Of a stretch of 64,000 nt of DNA, positions 1 through 9,873 are shown one piece after another. Source of the stretch: a phage. The position numbers and the translations under genes are program-made. The notes beneath the pieces were generated by a model. It saw nothing but the letters and a program-made list of their open reading frames with translations. It had not been told where the DNA came from and did no database searches. The stretch's first letter is position 1, and every line of letters starts with the position of its first letter. The stretch lies in NCBI GenBank assembly GCA_028909515.1, contig GCA_028909515.1_4811.1; one strand, 5' to 3'.

Positions 1-124
1 TCAAGTACCCTGTCAATCCTGCAACTTCGATTGTGGCCTTATTCTGCACGGAAAGTGCTGCCTTTTTGATTCGGCATCTGAGCATCAATCCTTCATCAAG
101 CACTTGGCTTGTGCCATCCGGCAT
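1..124 (-). CDS. hypothetical protein, partial (3' end beyond window start)
   Basis: Minus-strand frame open from an ATG near 124 to the window edge, directly downstream of the tape measure gene; no clear SD. Confidence 0.25.
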   Translation of the reverse strand, partial: MPDGTSQVLDEGLMLRCRIKKAALSVQNKATIEVAGLTGYL

Positions 125-161
125 AGATAAGGTGACTTTAAGTATTCTCTTTTTCAAATTA

Positions 162-2342
162 TCACCACTTCAAAGGTGTAGCAGTAAGGTTGTTTATGTC
201 GTTGATATCATCTTGTTCAAGCACTCGTTTCGTTTCGAATGCCGTGCTGCGCGGGTCTTGAGCGCCGTTGACGTTGATGACAACATTTTTCTGACCCATA
301 GTAATATCACGCCCACCAGGTCGACTATTCGCGGAAAGGTCGCCGCCGTATTTCTGGAATGCTTCAAGTTGGAATGCAGCAAGACGAGCGTTTTTCATCG
401 CTTCGGCTTGAATGTTTGGTCTTACACCTGGAGTTGAAGCAAGCTGCATGTTTTTAATATAATCCCTTTGCGTTCCAAGTTTAAGGTAAGTTTGAGCAAA
501 GTCAATATCACCTTTGTTAACTTGCCCCTGCATTAACTGCTCAACAGGCACGTTCAGGTATCCTGCAATGGCTTCTTGCAACTGCCTGTATTGCACAGTT
601 TGGCGCGATTGGCCTTGTACTGGTGCATAGCTGCCCTTTGGCGCTTCCGCTCCGCTACCGCTAAGGACTGGCGTTACTGGTGCACCTTGCGGCGCTGCCG
701 TGGCATACTCACCATTGGATTGTCGGTCGAGAGCGGCCATGACCTTTCCAGGATACGCGCGTGTGTTCTTGCCCCAGCCGCTGCGGTCGTAGCCACCGTG
801 ATACATCGTCAGCGCAAGATTCCAATCGCCGTTGGCAGCGTTTAAATACTCTTTCAAAAGTTGAGCGCCGCCCATAATGTTTTGTCGGGGGTCACTGCCA
901 TCTGTTATTCCAAGACCCTTGAAGTTGGAAGGCATGATTTGCATCAAGCCAGTCGCGCCTGCTCCGCTCACAGCATTTGGATTGAATCCAGATTCAACTT
1001 CAGTCACAGCTTTCATCATCGCTACAGGTATTCCATAGCGTTTTGAAGCTTCCTCATATATCGAGTCATATGCTGTCGGGTTGCCTGATCCAAGATTATT
1101 CCCTACGGTCGCGCCAGTATTCAATGCTGGTGTTCCAGGCATCGCGGATTGACCTGCACTTCGCCCTATCTCACCAGCCCATGCAGCCCACGCTTGTCGC
1201 TCATCAATGACGCCAGCAAAAGTTGAAACAGCACTTGAAAACAGGTTGATGTCGCGAGTGAAAAGCGCCTGTGCAGAACGTTGTTCAGCTGCGTTCTGCT
1301 CTTGATTCCTCTGGCGTTTAATATCGCCATCAGCCATTTGTGTGATCCATCGGTCAACAGCTCTTTCGTGACGTTCATTTACAGCGGCCTGCTTGTCGAA
1401 CGGATGTTTCAAGTCAGAGATGAAGTTGTCGACAAATTCGCTCCATCCGTCAGACATTCTTTGGAACATCATTTGGAATCCTTCGACTGTATCAGCAGTT
1501 TTGCTGACAAGAGTCGAGAATGCAGGCATGACATTTTCACCAATTACCAGCTCAATACGCCGCCAATCTTCTTGAATTTGCCCCATACTATTTCGTATAG
1601 TCTCAAGAGCAGCTTGTTGGCGCTGCAGCTTTGCCGTTTCCTCATCGCTTATGCGCGTGCTTTCTTTTACAGACTGGTTGCGCTCGCGAAGGGCGCGGAC
1701 TTCATCAGCCGTGAATCCTGCCAATGCACCAATAGCACGAGCGGTCTGCTCATTAACGCTTCTCAGCTTTGTTCCAATTTCATCAAGCAGCTGGTTTGTG
1801 TCTTTTATGCCGCCGTTACTGTTGAAAGGACTTGTGCCCATCTTGTTAAGCAATAAGTTGTCCTTGTTCATTACATCAGGGTTGGTGTATGCATTGAACG
1901 CCAAATTAGAAGCTTTACTGATTAAATCACGCGACCCCTGTGCGCCAAGGATTCCACCTGAACTTTCATTCAACTGTCGTTGTAATTGTTCGACACCCAT
2001 TGGAGAGAGTCCGGCTTCAAAGCCAAGCTTTCTTTGCGCTTCGTATTCTTTTCGAACATCAACGATGGATTTGACAACGACGGCCAATCCTGCGACAACA
2101 GGAACGAGCGCGGCAAAGCGATATGTCAGCCGCGCAAGCATTCCGTCAATTGACCCTAGCTCACCAGTAAGGGGCTTTAGCTCGCCAAAAATATCTTTGA
2201 ATGCTCCAGAGAAATCTTTGCCAGCTGATTTTGCCTTTTTGTTTGTCTGATCAACTTTATCTTGCAATTGCTCAAGACGATTGATGGACTCTTTCAAGTC
2301 CACCGTATATTGAAGTACAAATTTTTCTAATGAGTCAGACAC
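162..2342 (-). CDS. tail tape measure protein with C-terminal lytic transglycosylase (SLT-like) domain
   Basis: 726-aa ORF; coiled-coil and hydrophobic N-terminal half; SLT-like motif 'GLMQIMPSNF...ALTMYHGGY'; lies at the distal end of the sheath/tube gene block. Confidence 0.75.
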   Translation of the reverse strand: MSDSLEKFVLQYTVDLKESINRLEQLQDKVDQTNKKAKSAGKDFSGAFKDIFGELKPLTGELGSIDGMLARLTYRFAALVPVVAGLAVVVKSIVDVRKEYEAQRKLGFEAGLSPMGVEQLQRQLNESSGGILGAQGSRDLISKASNLAFNAYTNPDVMNKDNLLLNKMGTSPFNSNGGIKDTNQLLDEIGTKLRSVNEQTARAIGALAGFTADEVRALRERNQSVKESTRISDEETAKLQRQQAALETIRNSMGQIQEDWRRIELVIGENVMPAFSTLVSKTADTVEGFQMMFQRMSDGWSEFVDNFISDLKHPFDKQAAVNERHERAVDRWITQMADGDIKRQRNQEQNAAEQRSAQALFTRDINLFSSAVSTFAGVIDERQAWAAWAGEIGRSAGQSAMPGTPALNTGATVGNNLGSGNPTAYDSIYEEASKRYGIPVAMMKAVTEVESGFNPNAVSGAGATGLMQIMPSNFKGLGITDGSDPRQNIMGGAQLLKEYLNAANGDWNLALTMYHGGYDRSGWGKNTRAYPGKVMAALDRQSNGEYATAAPQGAPVTPVLSGSGAEAPKGSYAPVQGQSRQTVQYRQLQEAIAGYLNVPVEQLMQGQVNKGDIDFAQTYLKLGTQRDYIKNMQLASTPGVRPNIQAEAMKNARLAAFQLEAFQKYGGDLSANSRPGGRDITMGQKNVVINVNGAQDPRSTAFETKRVLEQDDINDINNLTATPLKW

Positions 2343-2345
2343 AGT

Positions 2346-2762
2346 TTACCCCTTATTTGGAGTCTCGCCGCTGAGGAATGGCGCGATTAATCGCATCGAT
2401 TCGCCGATGAATGCTGCAGCCATTTCGCCGCCAGCCTGTTCCCAGTAGCCTTCACGCTCGGCGTGGGTGTCTGGGTTTATACCGTTCTCCATGAGAACTG
2501 CTTCAAATACTTCTTTAAGGTTTTCCCAGTCACCAAGATGGTTGTCAATTAGTGCACCAGTGCTTAATGGGATTTCTTGCCCCACGTCAAGCTCGACTTT
2601 TGCAAAGCTCAACACTTCCATCGTATACTCTGAACGAAAAGCAGGGTCTTTCGACATTGCAAATTCTACGAATCGACGCTGAATATTCCAGCCTTCCATC
2701 GCAGTCATTTTGTTGATTTTAATTTCTACTGTACGACCAGTTTGTTTGTTGGTGATCTTCAT
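2346..2762 (-). CDS. hypothetical tail-module protein
   Basis: 138-aa ORF tiled between tube genes and tape measure; starts 2 nt after upstream stop. Confidence 0.45.
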   Translation of the reverse strand: MKITNKQTGRTVEIKINKMTAMEGWNIQRRFVEFAMSKDPAFRSEYTMEVLSFAKVELDVGQEIPLSTGALIDNHLGDWENLKEVFEAVLMENGINPDTHAEREGYWEQAGGEMAAAFIGESMRLIAPFLSGETPNKG

Positions 2763-2763
2763 T

Positions 2764-3324
2764 CTATATTCCTACTGTTGATTTTATTTTATTATATAAC
2801 GAACTCACAGTTGTAGTCAAACTGACTGGTTCTTTAATAGCAACACCATTTGATGATTCGTCTGCGGATTGTTTAGGGTCGAAGCTTCCTTGAATGCTAA
2901 ATGACGTTTGCTCGAAAGTTATTACTATTGAGACGCCATTCAAGTTTTCTTCTGACTGGGTTATTTCAACGTCAGACATCGACATTTTACTGGCAATGAT
3001 GCTTCGGGAAGTTATTGAAAATGTGACTTCGTCATCATCAAATGCATTTATGATATTTTCAATTGTAGACTGATCATTGCAAATTACGTTTAACGCCATA
3101 TGGGCTGGCATTACAACCTTTGCCGCCTGTAAATTGCTTACTGATGATGTGCTTGACACTTCGACGACCTGCATTGCTGTACCAGCAAGAGGGAATTGAG
3201 TTGTTTCTGCGGGGGATGTTATTTCTGCAGAAACAGGTGAAAGCCTTGTCCAGACAGGAAGACCTGTTGACTCATTCGTTATGGTCAAAGATTGACCAGA
3301 AAGCAGAATCGAAACGAAGTCCAT
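2764..3324 (-). CDS. hypothetical tail-module protein
   Basis: 186-aa ORF in co-directional tail gene array. Confidence 0.45.
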   Translation of the reverse strand: MDFVSILLSGQSLTITNESTGLPVWTRLSPVSAEITSPAETTQFPLAGTAMQVVEVSSTSSVSNLQAAKVVMPAHMALNVICNDQSTIENIINAFDDDEVTFSITSRSIIASKMSMSDVEITQSEENLNGVSIVITFEQTSFSIQGSFDPKQSADESSNGVAIKEPVSLTTTVSSLYNKIKSTVGI

Positions 3325-3857
3325 CAGAACATCCCCTTGATACCATTCATCACCTTTGTAGCAACGCCAGTGACGCTGGCAGAAGTTTCTTTTATGTATG
3401 CAATGCCGCGCTCTATTACTGTTGAGTCGCCTGCCTGCGCTGTTTGAATAGACACATCCTGCTGTGTTAATATCTCATGGAATACCAATTGTATGGGTTG
3501 CGACGTTATATTGTCAGCGTCCTGGCTGAAGTTGTTATTTTGCAGCACCATACGTTCGAATATTAAACCACGGGAATTAATTGTGTATATAGTCGACCTG
3601 TTTTGCAACATCTTAGCTATTGCATCTGATGCGCTTTTTGTTTGTGCTATCACGGTGACAGTCAGTATTCGCGGCATCTTTACTCTGCCATCGACAATAT
3701 AGCTGCCATCTTCCCTTTGGTTTTTGAATATCTTTGCTTGGAGTCTTATTTTGACGTTGACTATTGCCCATCCAAGCGTGGATACTTCTCCAAGGTTGAA
3801 GCTCTTTATCGTGAAGCTTCTGTTTGATAAACTATATGACAATAAATCGATAGCCAT
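3324..3857 (-). CDS. hypothetical tail-module protein
   Basis: 177-aa ORF abutting neighbours (1-nt overlaps). Confidence 0.45.
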   Translation of the reverse strand: MAIDLLSYSLSNRSFTIKSFNLGEVSTLGWAIVNVKIRLQAKIFKNQREDGSYIVDGRVKMPRILTVTVIAQTKSASDAIAKMLQNRSTIYTINSRGLIFERMVLQNNNFSQDADNITSQPIQLVFHEILTQQDVSIQTAQAGDSTVIERGIAYIKETSASVTGVATKVMNGIKGMF

Positions 3858-4354
3858 TAAATGGACCCCAATATGCTCTGCACCACGCCTTTTGCAATTT
3901 GAGACGTGCTCTGTGCGCCGCCGTAGCTGGCAAACACAAATGTGTATCGGTTTGTCTTGCGACGGCCTGATTGCTCTATGGAGTCACCAAGCGGACCGCT
4001 GATTATTGTTCCGTTCGAGAATGCCACCCTTCCACCGTCAGGATATGTGATAAGCATTGATGTCACATCCTGAATTGGCAACCACTTGAATCCACCTTTA
4101 CGGGCAGATAATAAAAGCTTAAGATTTATGTCATCTTCAGTGTTTGGAATGACCGCAATGGATACGCGAACGACGGCGGCTTTGTCGTATATGCAAATGC
4201 CGCCGTCGTAAGTAAGTTGATAGCCTACTGATTCAACTTCCTCAATAATTAGCGAATCCTGGTCATCAGACAAAGAACTGATATTCAGCCCAACAGGGAA
4301 AGATTGAAGAGCGACAATTCTAATGCTTGTGCCAAATCCACTAATATTGACCAT
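3857..4354 (-). CDS. tail tube-like protein (paralog of 5305..5772)
   Basis: N-terminus 'MVNISGFGTSIRIVA' parallels 'MINVSGFGASIRLVA' of 5305..5772; similar length. Confidence 0.55.
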   Translation of the reverse strand: MVNISGFGTSIRIVALQSFPVGLNISSLSDDQDSLIIEEVESVGYQLTYDGGICIYDKAAVVRVSIAVIPNTEDDINLKLLLSARKGGFKWLPIQDVTSMLITYPDGGRVAFSNGTIISGPLGDSIEQSGRRKTNRYTFVFASYGGAQSTSQIAKGVVQSILGSI

Positions 4355-4356
4355 GT

Positions 4357-4623
4357 TTACTCCGCAGATGCAGATTTAACTGCAGCAAGAATTTCATCCT
4401 TATAAGAAAGACCCTTGATGTCGATGCCATTTTCTTTGGCATAAGACTTCAATTCTGAAACACTCATGGAATCAAAATCGAGTTTTTGTTCAGTGGCCTT
4501 TTCTTCGACCTGCTCTTTGATTTCTGCAACAGGCTCGACTTTCTTGTTGAACATCTCTGATGCGTCTTCAAATTTTTCGCCAAATTTCATGACGCCATTT
4601 GCAAAATGAATTACTTGTGCCAT
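4357..4623 (-). CDS. hypothetical protein
   Basis: 88-aa acidic ORF tiled in tail module. Confidence 0.45.
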   Translation of the reverse strand: MAQVIHFANGVMKFGEKFEDASEMFNKKVEPVAEIKEQVEEKATEQKLDFDSMSVSELKSYAKENGIDIKGLSYKDEILAAVKSASAE

Positions 4624-4979
4624 TATTGATTACTCACCTTTATACGTTCGCCATAAATAGTCACCACTTCTGCAGTGAATCCAAGGATACCGTTTTGGAT
4701 GGTGACAGTCAATGAGTCGATTCCGGCAACGTCTGCTTTCTTCAGAATAGCATCTGCAATCGACTTTCGCGCACCGTCTTCGTCAACGGGCGACTTGAAA
4801 ACGGTCCCCAAATAATCGACACCGTTTTCTATATCGTACAAGTCTTCACCAAGTCGCATCTGGTGCGCTGCCTTGATTACTTGCACCATCGCTTTTTCTC
4901 CTGAAAGAATATTTAAGTTTCTTCCATCAGGTAGAAAAAGATCATTATTTTCGTTAACTTCAATTGTTAGAGTTGTCAA
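4623..4979 (-). CDS. hypothetical protein
   Basis: 118-aa ORF tiled in tail module. Confidence 0.45.
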   Translation of the reverse strand: MTTLTIEVNENNDLFLPDGRNLNILSGEKAMVQVIKAAHQMRLGEDLYDIENGVDYLGTVFKSPVDEDGARKSIADAILKKADVAGIDSLTVTIQNGILGFTAEVVTIYGERIKVSNQ

Positions 4980-5305
4980 ATTGCAAACTCCGCTTCAGCA
5001 GTGGCCTGGAATTCAGCCAACTCAGATTCTGACATGTAATATAGATTACAGCCGCCAGAGTTAAAACTTTCATAATCAGGTACGCTGTCGAAAATGAAAT
5101 TACCGTACCCAATCATAAGATACTTATAAGGCACCATTGGGATACCACCAAAACAGCGCACCCCTTGAATCAAAAGTTCACCGTTGCGGTATACGTCGGC
5201 GCACATATGCTCGATAGCGGCAAAAATGTGCAACTGCCAATATGCACCGTCAACGTTAAAGCTGATATTCTGGTTAGGTACGCTGTCAAGTGGTATTTGA
5301 TACAT
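4976..5305 (-). CDS. hypothetical protein
   Basis: 109-aa ORF, 4-nt overlap with downstream gene. Confidence 0.45.
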   Translation of the reverse strand: MYQIPLDSVPNQNISFNVDGAYWQLHIFAAIEHMCADVYRNGELLIQGVRCFGGIPMVPYKYLMIGYGNFIFDSVPDYESFNSGGCNLYYMSESELAEFQATAEAEFAI

Positions 5306-5772
5306 TATAAAATCTCTTGGTTGCTCACGCCAGTTTTGACTACGTTCTCAAACTTGAAGCGATATTGACGTGTTTTCACACGACCTTGAGACTGGATGCC
5401 AGGAATTACTGAACCAGTTGTCAAGGTGCCTTTATTCAGCGTGATAACCATTCCAGAAGGATAAGTCAGCACAAGTGTGATCACGTCTTTTGCGGAGTTC
5501 TTACGCTTGCCTACGCGGTTTGCAGCCGCGAGAACGTCCAAGTTGACATCACTTTCAGAAGTAGGGATGATGTTCACGCCTACTTCAAGCGGGTTTGCAC
5601 GGTTCCATACTACCAAGTCACCGTTAAGGCCCATTGCGGCCTCAGAGATTTGCAGGTCCGGCGCGTCAATCGGATCAGCATCATCTGCAAAATCAGAAAG
5701 AGTCACACCATTCGGAAAAGTGTTTGATGCTACCAAACGAATCGAAGCGCCAAAACCGGAAACGTTAATCAT
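5305..5772 (-). CDS. tail tube protein
   Basis: 155-aa ORF immediately downstream of the sheath gene; paralog of 3857..4354. Confidence 0.6.
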   Translation of the reverse strand: MINVSGFGASIRLVASNTFPNGVTLSDFADDADPIDAPDLQISEAAMGLNGDLVVWNRANPLEVGVNIIPTSESDVNLDVLAAANRVGKRKNSAKDVITLVLTYPSGMVITLNKGTLTTGSVIPGIQSQGRVKTRQYRFKFENVVKTGVSNQEIL

Positions 5773-5819
5773 TACAGATTCCTCTCAGAGAGATGGCCGC
5801 CAGTTACGGCGGCAATTAT

Positions 5820-7358
5820 TTAAATAAGAACGTCACGACCTTCAACGCGACGCACAGCATCATCTTTAGAGTAGATTAGCGTGTATGTTGCATAGTATTC
5901 GGTGCGGTTATCGGAAGTGGTTTCAGTGTCAAAATCGACAGTCAACCAATAGCCGATAGTCTCAACCTGCCGCCAAGCAGTGTTGTCACCGGAAGTTTGC
6001 GTGATGTACTGTTTCTGGATTTCCGTCAGCGCCTTACCGACAGAGATGGTGCCGTTAACCTTCGCGTTGTCAACAGCAACTTGAATCATGGCTTGTACAG
6101 TCGCTTTGCCTTCTTCGTTCGCAGGCACGCGACCAAGATTCAAGAACATGCTGAACAGCTGAGAAGTGATAGCAGATTTAAGCCACATCTCGTTGGCATA
6201 AGTGTTCATGTCAACTGCTGCGGTAGACCCGCCCATCAGAACGCCACGCTGGAAGAAGGCGAGCGTTTGACCAGCTTGCTGAGTAGCGCCGATATAGTTT
6301 GCACGGTTTTGATCAGCAGTATCTGCGCGTGAATCAGTCGATACAGTAACATTTCGAGTGTCAAACTGATAATACATGTAGTTTTGAGTTGCGTTTACAG
6401 TATTATAGTTTGTCGCTGCGAGAATTTCAGCAGGTGCCTGGTCGATGTAATCATTCGCAAGGTTGGTTGCACGGATCATCATGCCAACGCCTGAGTAACC
6501 TTTCAGCGCGGTATAGTATGAGCCGATGTTGGCGAATGCAGTCGAGAACAGATACATGTACATATTGTTCTGCGAGTGAGTCCAAGCTGCAACAGCTGTG
6601 ATTTCTTCCAGCGTTCGGTCTGCTCCAGCGAAAAGGAATGAGCCAAAGTTGTTGGAAATCTCTACAGATGCCGCGATGGCTTCTACCGGACTTGCTACAC
6701 CCTGACCAGCGACCGTAACGGTGCCAGTAGTCGTCCAACCAAGCGCCTGAGATGGGTCTGTCGGTTGACCTGTTACGTTAATCGAAAGGTTTCCAGCGCC
6801 AGCGGTCGACGGGGCGGCTTCCAAAGTGAACTGCTGGGTGTTGGCATTCCAATACACTTCTGCATCAGCAAGTGCAGGCACCGACGTGCCACCTTCTGCT
6901 GCAAACTTGGTGTTGATTGCCGTTTCCAAAAGTTCCGCTACATTGGCAAGGCTTGTTGCCGCTGAAAGGTTGATGGCGTCAGTCAGGTAATCTGTGCCGT
7001 CATAAGTAATACTTAAGATAGCGCCAGTGAATGCCTGAAAAGTAGCAAGTGTTTTAGGCTCAGTATCGCCGATAACCATTGCAGGAATCGCCGTGGATAC
7101 AACGCGAGAAAAGCTGATTGAATCAGGCGAGTTGATTTGCTTGCTGATGAATCCAAAATACAGTGCTGCGCGCTTGTATTCTTCGGAAGAAAAACCGAAA
7201 TATGATCCAACGGCATCAGCAGTTGAAAATTCTGCTACAATGCCTGGCGGCAGAACTGTATTGGAAGTCATGATGCGAAGCGACAGTTTGCGAACTGCAA
7301 CAGCCGCGCCTGCTCCGACCCCTGATACAATTTTAATATAACGAGATTGACTGATCAC
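5820..7358 (-). CDS. tail sheath protein
   Basis: 512-aa ORF preceding the tube gene; sheath-like C-terminus '...YATYTLIYSKDDAVRRVEGRDVLI'. Confidence 0.7.
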   Translation of the reverse strand: MISQSRYIKIVSGVGAGAAVAVRKLSLRIMTSNTVLPPGIVAEFSTADAVGSYFGFSSEEYKRAALYFGFISKQINSPDSISFSRVVSTAIPAMVIGDTEPKTLATFQAFTGAILSITYDGTDYLTDAINLSAATSLANVAELLETAINTKFAAEGGTSVPALADAEVYWNANTQQFTLEAAPSTAGAGNLSINVTGQPTDPSQALGWTTTGTVTVAGQGVASPVEAIAASVEISNNFGSFLFAGADRTLEEITAVAAWTHSQNNMYMYLFSTAFANIGSYYTALKGYSGVGMMIRATNLANDYIDQAPAEILAATNYNTVNATQNYMYYQFDTRNVTVSTDSRADTADQNRANYIGATQQAGQTLAFFQRGVLMGGSTAAVDMNTYANEMWLKSAITSQLFSMFLNLGRVPANEEGKATVQAMIQVAVDNAKVNGTISVGKALTEIQKQYITQTSGDNTAWRQVETIGYWLTVDFDTETTSDNRTEYYATYTLIYSKDDAVRRVEGRDVLI

Positions 7359-7370
7359 GTCGGTGTCCTC

Positions 7371-7856
7371 TTATTTAATGACTTGGCTGCTGACAGATTG
7401 CCACATGAGGCTGGTGTGAATCAAAGGTTTGTCGAATCCTTTCACACGTACAGTATATCTGGCGTTTGGCTGCCACGGTCCGTTTTTAATTGATTCGACA
7501 ATCTTTGCTTCCATCGCAAGCCCAATTTGACCCAATGCCTGTCTAGCGTCTATTTTACCGGAAAAAATTTTTTTAGCAATTTTATTCTCTATTTCACTGC
7601 GCTCACTAACGAATAATTCATAGGCGTATCTCATGAATGGTCTGGGTGGCACTTCTACCCTGACTGGTCCTTGTCCAAAGTTCAAAACGGCTATGTGACC
7701 AAATTCATTAAGCCGCGCAACTTCTGACACCAGAATACCTTCTCCACCAGTTTCTGAAGGGTATCTGGTAGAGTCAAACCATCCTGCCTCAACAGTAAGA
7801 CCCTTCATTGATTGAAGCGCCTTTATCTGTTTTTCTATCATTTTTGATTTTGTCAT
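7371..7856 (-). CDS. hypothetical virion protein (neck/tail completion region)
   Basis: 161-aa ORF between head and sheath genes. Confidence 0.45.
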   Translation of the reverse strand: MTKSKMIEKQIKALQSMKGLTVEAGWFDSTRYPSETGGEGILVSEVARLNEFGHIAVLNFGQGPVRVEVPPRPFMRYAYELFVSERSEIENKIAKKIFSGKIDARQALGQIGLAMEAKIVESIKNGPWQPNARYTVRVKGFDKPLIHTSLMWQSVSSQVIK

Positions 7857-7857
7857 A

Positions 7858-8439
7858 TCACACCGGAATATCGCCTAAATCGTTATTAACAGCTCTTGCA
7901 ACAGCAGGCGTGTCAATTGAAATTGCGTTTCTGTGAAGGATTACCAAATCAAAAGAAGGGAATGATTCAAACTGCGACATGTCGTCATAGAACTTTTCAT
8001 TGTTGTTCATGTCGACTCTATATACTGAAGCCTGATGCTTTTTAAACCAATCCCTTAAATTAGCCTTGTGGGTTATGAATCTTGCCAAATAAGTCAAAAC
8101 GTCATTAGCCGTAGGCTTTTCTGGATTGCCAGGGACTTCTGGGAATAAGCCGCTAATTTGAAAACGTGTTGCGTATATCTGATCTTCAATATCTTTAAAT
8201 TTGCCATTAACGAATTGAGATTCATCATTGACAAATTCATTCTTTCTCATCGACCAACCGAATGGAACTGAGAATAAAAGGTTAAACCAAATCTGATCAC
8301 CAGTCGGAATGCCCTGCTGAGTCGGTTGGTATTTTTTCTGGACCGGAACAGCAGAAAGGTCTGCACGACTATACGCCGCCAGACCTTCTTCAATTCGCGT
8401 TGCCAGCATGTCAATCAGGTCGACATCTGTCATATACAC
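7858..8439 (-). CDS. hypothetical virion protein
   Basis: 193-aa ORF tiled with neighbours. Confidence 0.45.
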   Translation of the reverse strand: MYMTDVDLIDMLATRIEEGLAAYSRADLSAVPVQKKYQPTQQGIPTGDQIWFNLLFSVPFGWSMRKNEFVNDESQFVNGKFKDIEDQIYATRFQISGLFPEVPGNPEKPTANDVLTYLARFITHKANLRDWFKKHQASVYRVDMNNNEKFYDDMSQFESFPSFDLVILHRNAISIDTPAVARAVNNDLGDIPV

Positions 8440-8440
8440 C

Positions 8441-8827
8441 TCAAGTAGACACTGGAAAGCTTTGTTTTACTTCCACGGCAAGGCAAGACGTCCAACCATC
8501 TTGGTCAAACCATGTCGTTTCATCTTCCATCTTGTACGTTTTGCCACCAAACACGAAATAGTCGCCGGAAGCGTCGCGGTCAAGGTCAACAATGTCTTTG
8601 TCCACCCAGATTTTGACATAGTTCTTTTGAAGCTCTAATCCAAGCTCAACGTATTGGTTTCGAAGAACAGCCTGCACCGAAGCAAGTAGGGTGATTGGTT
8701 CTTCATATGTAGTTACATAGTTGCGCATCTTATCAAGGGTGCGCCCCTTGTACATGTAATATTGAATCGGTTGGCGACCGATGACCTTTGTCGCAACTCG
8801 ATATAAGTTTACGCCAGGAATCCTCAC
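8441..8827 (-). CDS. hypothetical virion protein
   Basis: 128-aa ORF tiled with neighbours. Confidence 0.45.
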   Translation of the reverse strand: MRIPGVNLYRVATKVIGRQPIQYYMYKGRTLDKMRNYVTTYEEPITLLASVQAVLRNQYVELGLELQKNYVKIWVDKDIVDLDRDASGDYFVFGGKTYKMEDETTWFDQDGWTSCLAVEVKQSFPVST

Positions 8828-9288
8828 CAGAATACCCCACCAATTTTACGAAATCCTTCGCGCTCTGGAAGCCCACCGAATGACAAGCCGCCAACGGCCA
8901 GTGCTTGAAGAAGCGCCCACAACGCCATGCCATAAGGAGTGCTTGACAGCCAGTATTCCCAGCCATCACTCGCAGGCGGCGCAACTTTGTTCACTGTGAT
9001 GTCACCAATTGTTGCGCCAGTCACGAAGCCGCCTTGTTCAACTCCGTCACCAGAAGACACAGACACTTGCTGGTCTGCGGCTATGCATAAAAGATGAGCC
9101 GTCATATATTCCAATGCCAGCTCCAATTTACTGCCATTTAAAACACGACAAGGACTGTCTTGTGATTCAATAAATTCACATGCCATGTCATAGAATACTT
9201 GAAGTGTTGTGTCAGGAAATTTAACCTGATCGGCAAACTGTGGAAATTTAATTCTGAACTTTTCGTAATCTAATGACATGGCATTCAC
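8824..9288 (-). CDS. hypothetical virion protein (head-tail joining region)
   Basis: 154-aa ORF, 4-nt overlap with downstream gene. Confidence 0.45.
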   Translation of the reverse strand: MNAMSLDYEKFRIKFPQFADQVKFPDTTLQVFYDMACEFIESQDSPCRVLNGSKLELALEYMTAHLLCIAADQQVSVSSGDGVEQGGFVTGATIGDITVNKVAPPASDGWEYWLSSTPYGMALWALLQALAVGGLSFGGLPEREGFRKIGGVFW

Positions 9289-9293
9289 CTTAT

Positions 9294-9758
9294 TTAAACG
9301 CGGAATAAATCATCGTCTTGGTCGCCGCTCAATTTTACCTTGATGCGCTTGTCAGCAGTTTCACGCGTCATAGGCGCAAACGGGTCGTCTGACATGCCGC
9401 GAACTTCTTTAGCGACGGCCTTGTGATTGCCAACAATGTCGTGATTTACGACTTTCACCAAACCTTTTTCAAGATGCTGCTTAAACACGTGATGGTCTTT
9501 AAGATGCTCAAAATCTGCATCGCTTACAACGGTGACGATTCCTTCAGGAGTCCACAAAGGTGCACCATCAGCGCCTTTTGCCATTTCACCAAAGCCGGAA
9601 GTTGCTGAAGTAAGACCAGCGCCGCCTTTGATCAGAATTTGTTTGCGGATATTTGGAAGAGCGCCTGAACCAGCTTTTGCATTCGGGTTTTCTTTCACTT
9701 CCGTATAGAAGGTGTAGTTAACTGACATAGACATAGTTGAAACGATGTATTTTGACAT
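9294..9758 (-). CDS. hypothetical virion protein
   Basis: 154-aa ORF directly downstream of the capsid gene. Confidence 0.45.
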   Translation of the reverse strand: MSKYIVSTMSMSVNYTFYTEVKENPNAKAGSGALPNIRKQILIKGGAGLTSATSGFGEMAKGADGAPLWTPEGIVTVVSDADFEHLKDHHVFKQHLEKGLVKVVNHDIVGNHKAVAKEVRGMSDDPFAPMTRETADKRIKVKLSGDQDDDLFRV

Positions 9759-9873
9759 TTTGTAGTCCTATTTATATAAGCCTCAGATAAGCCCCTACAG
9801 CCCTTGAGGTCTATTGATATGGGGCGAAGCCTTTCGACCACGCCCCATGTGTTTTACTGTGTAATCACAGCAA

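Noticed and set aside
33-437. 134-aa plus-strand ORF at the window start
   Set aside because: Overlaps the 3' end of the tape measure gene on the opposite strand, no RBS; likely spurious.
2346-3324. Possible programmed frameshift joining the two ORFs upstream of the tape measure (chaperone G/GT-like)
   Set aside because: The downstream frame has an in-frame stop four codons before its ATG and no slippery heptamer is evident at the junction.
9759-9873. Possible tRNA or small RNA gene in the spacer after the capsid gene (also checked other intergenic spacers)
   Set aside because: Only simple stem-loops were found; no cloverleaf with conserved T-loop or anticodon-arm features could be built by eye. 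A dedicated tRNA scan would be needed to be sure.
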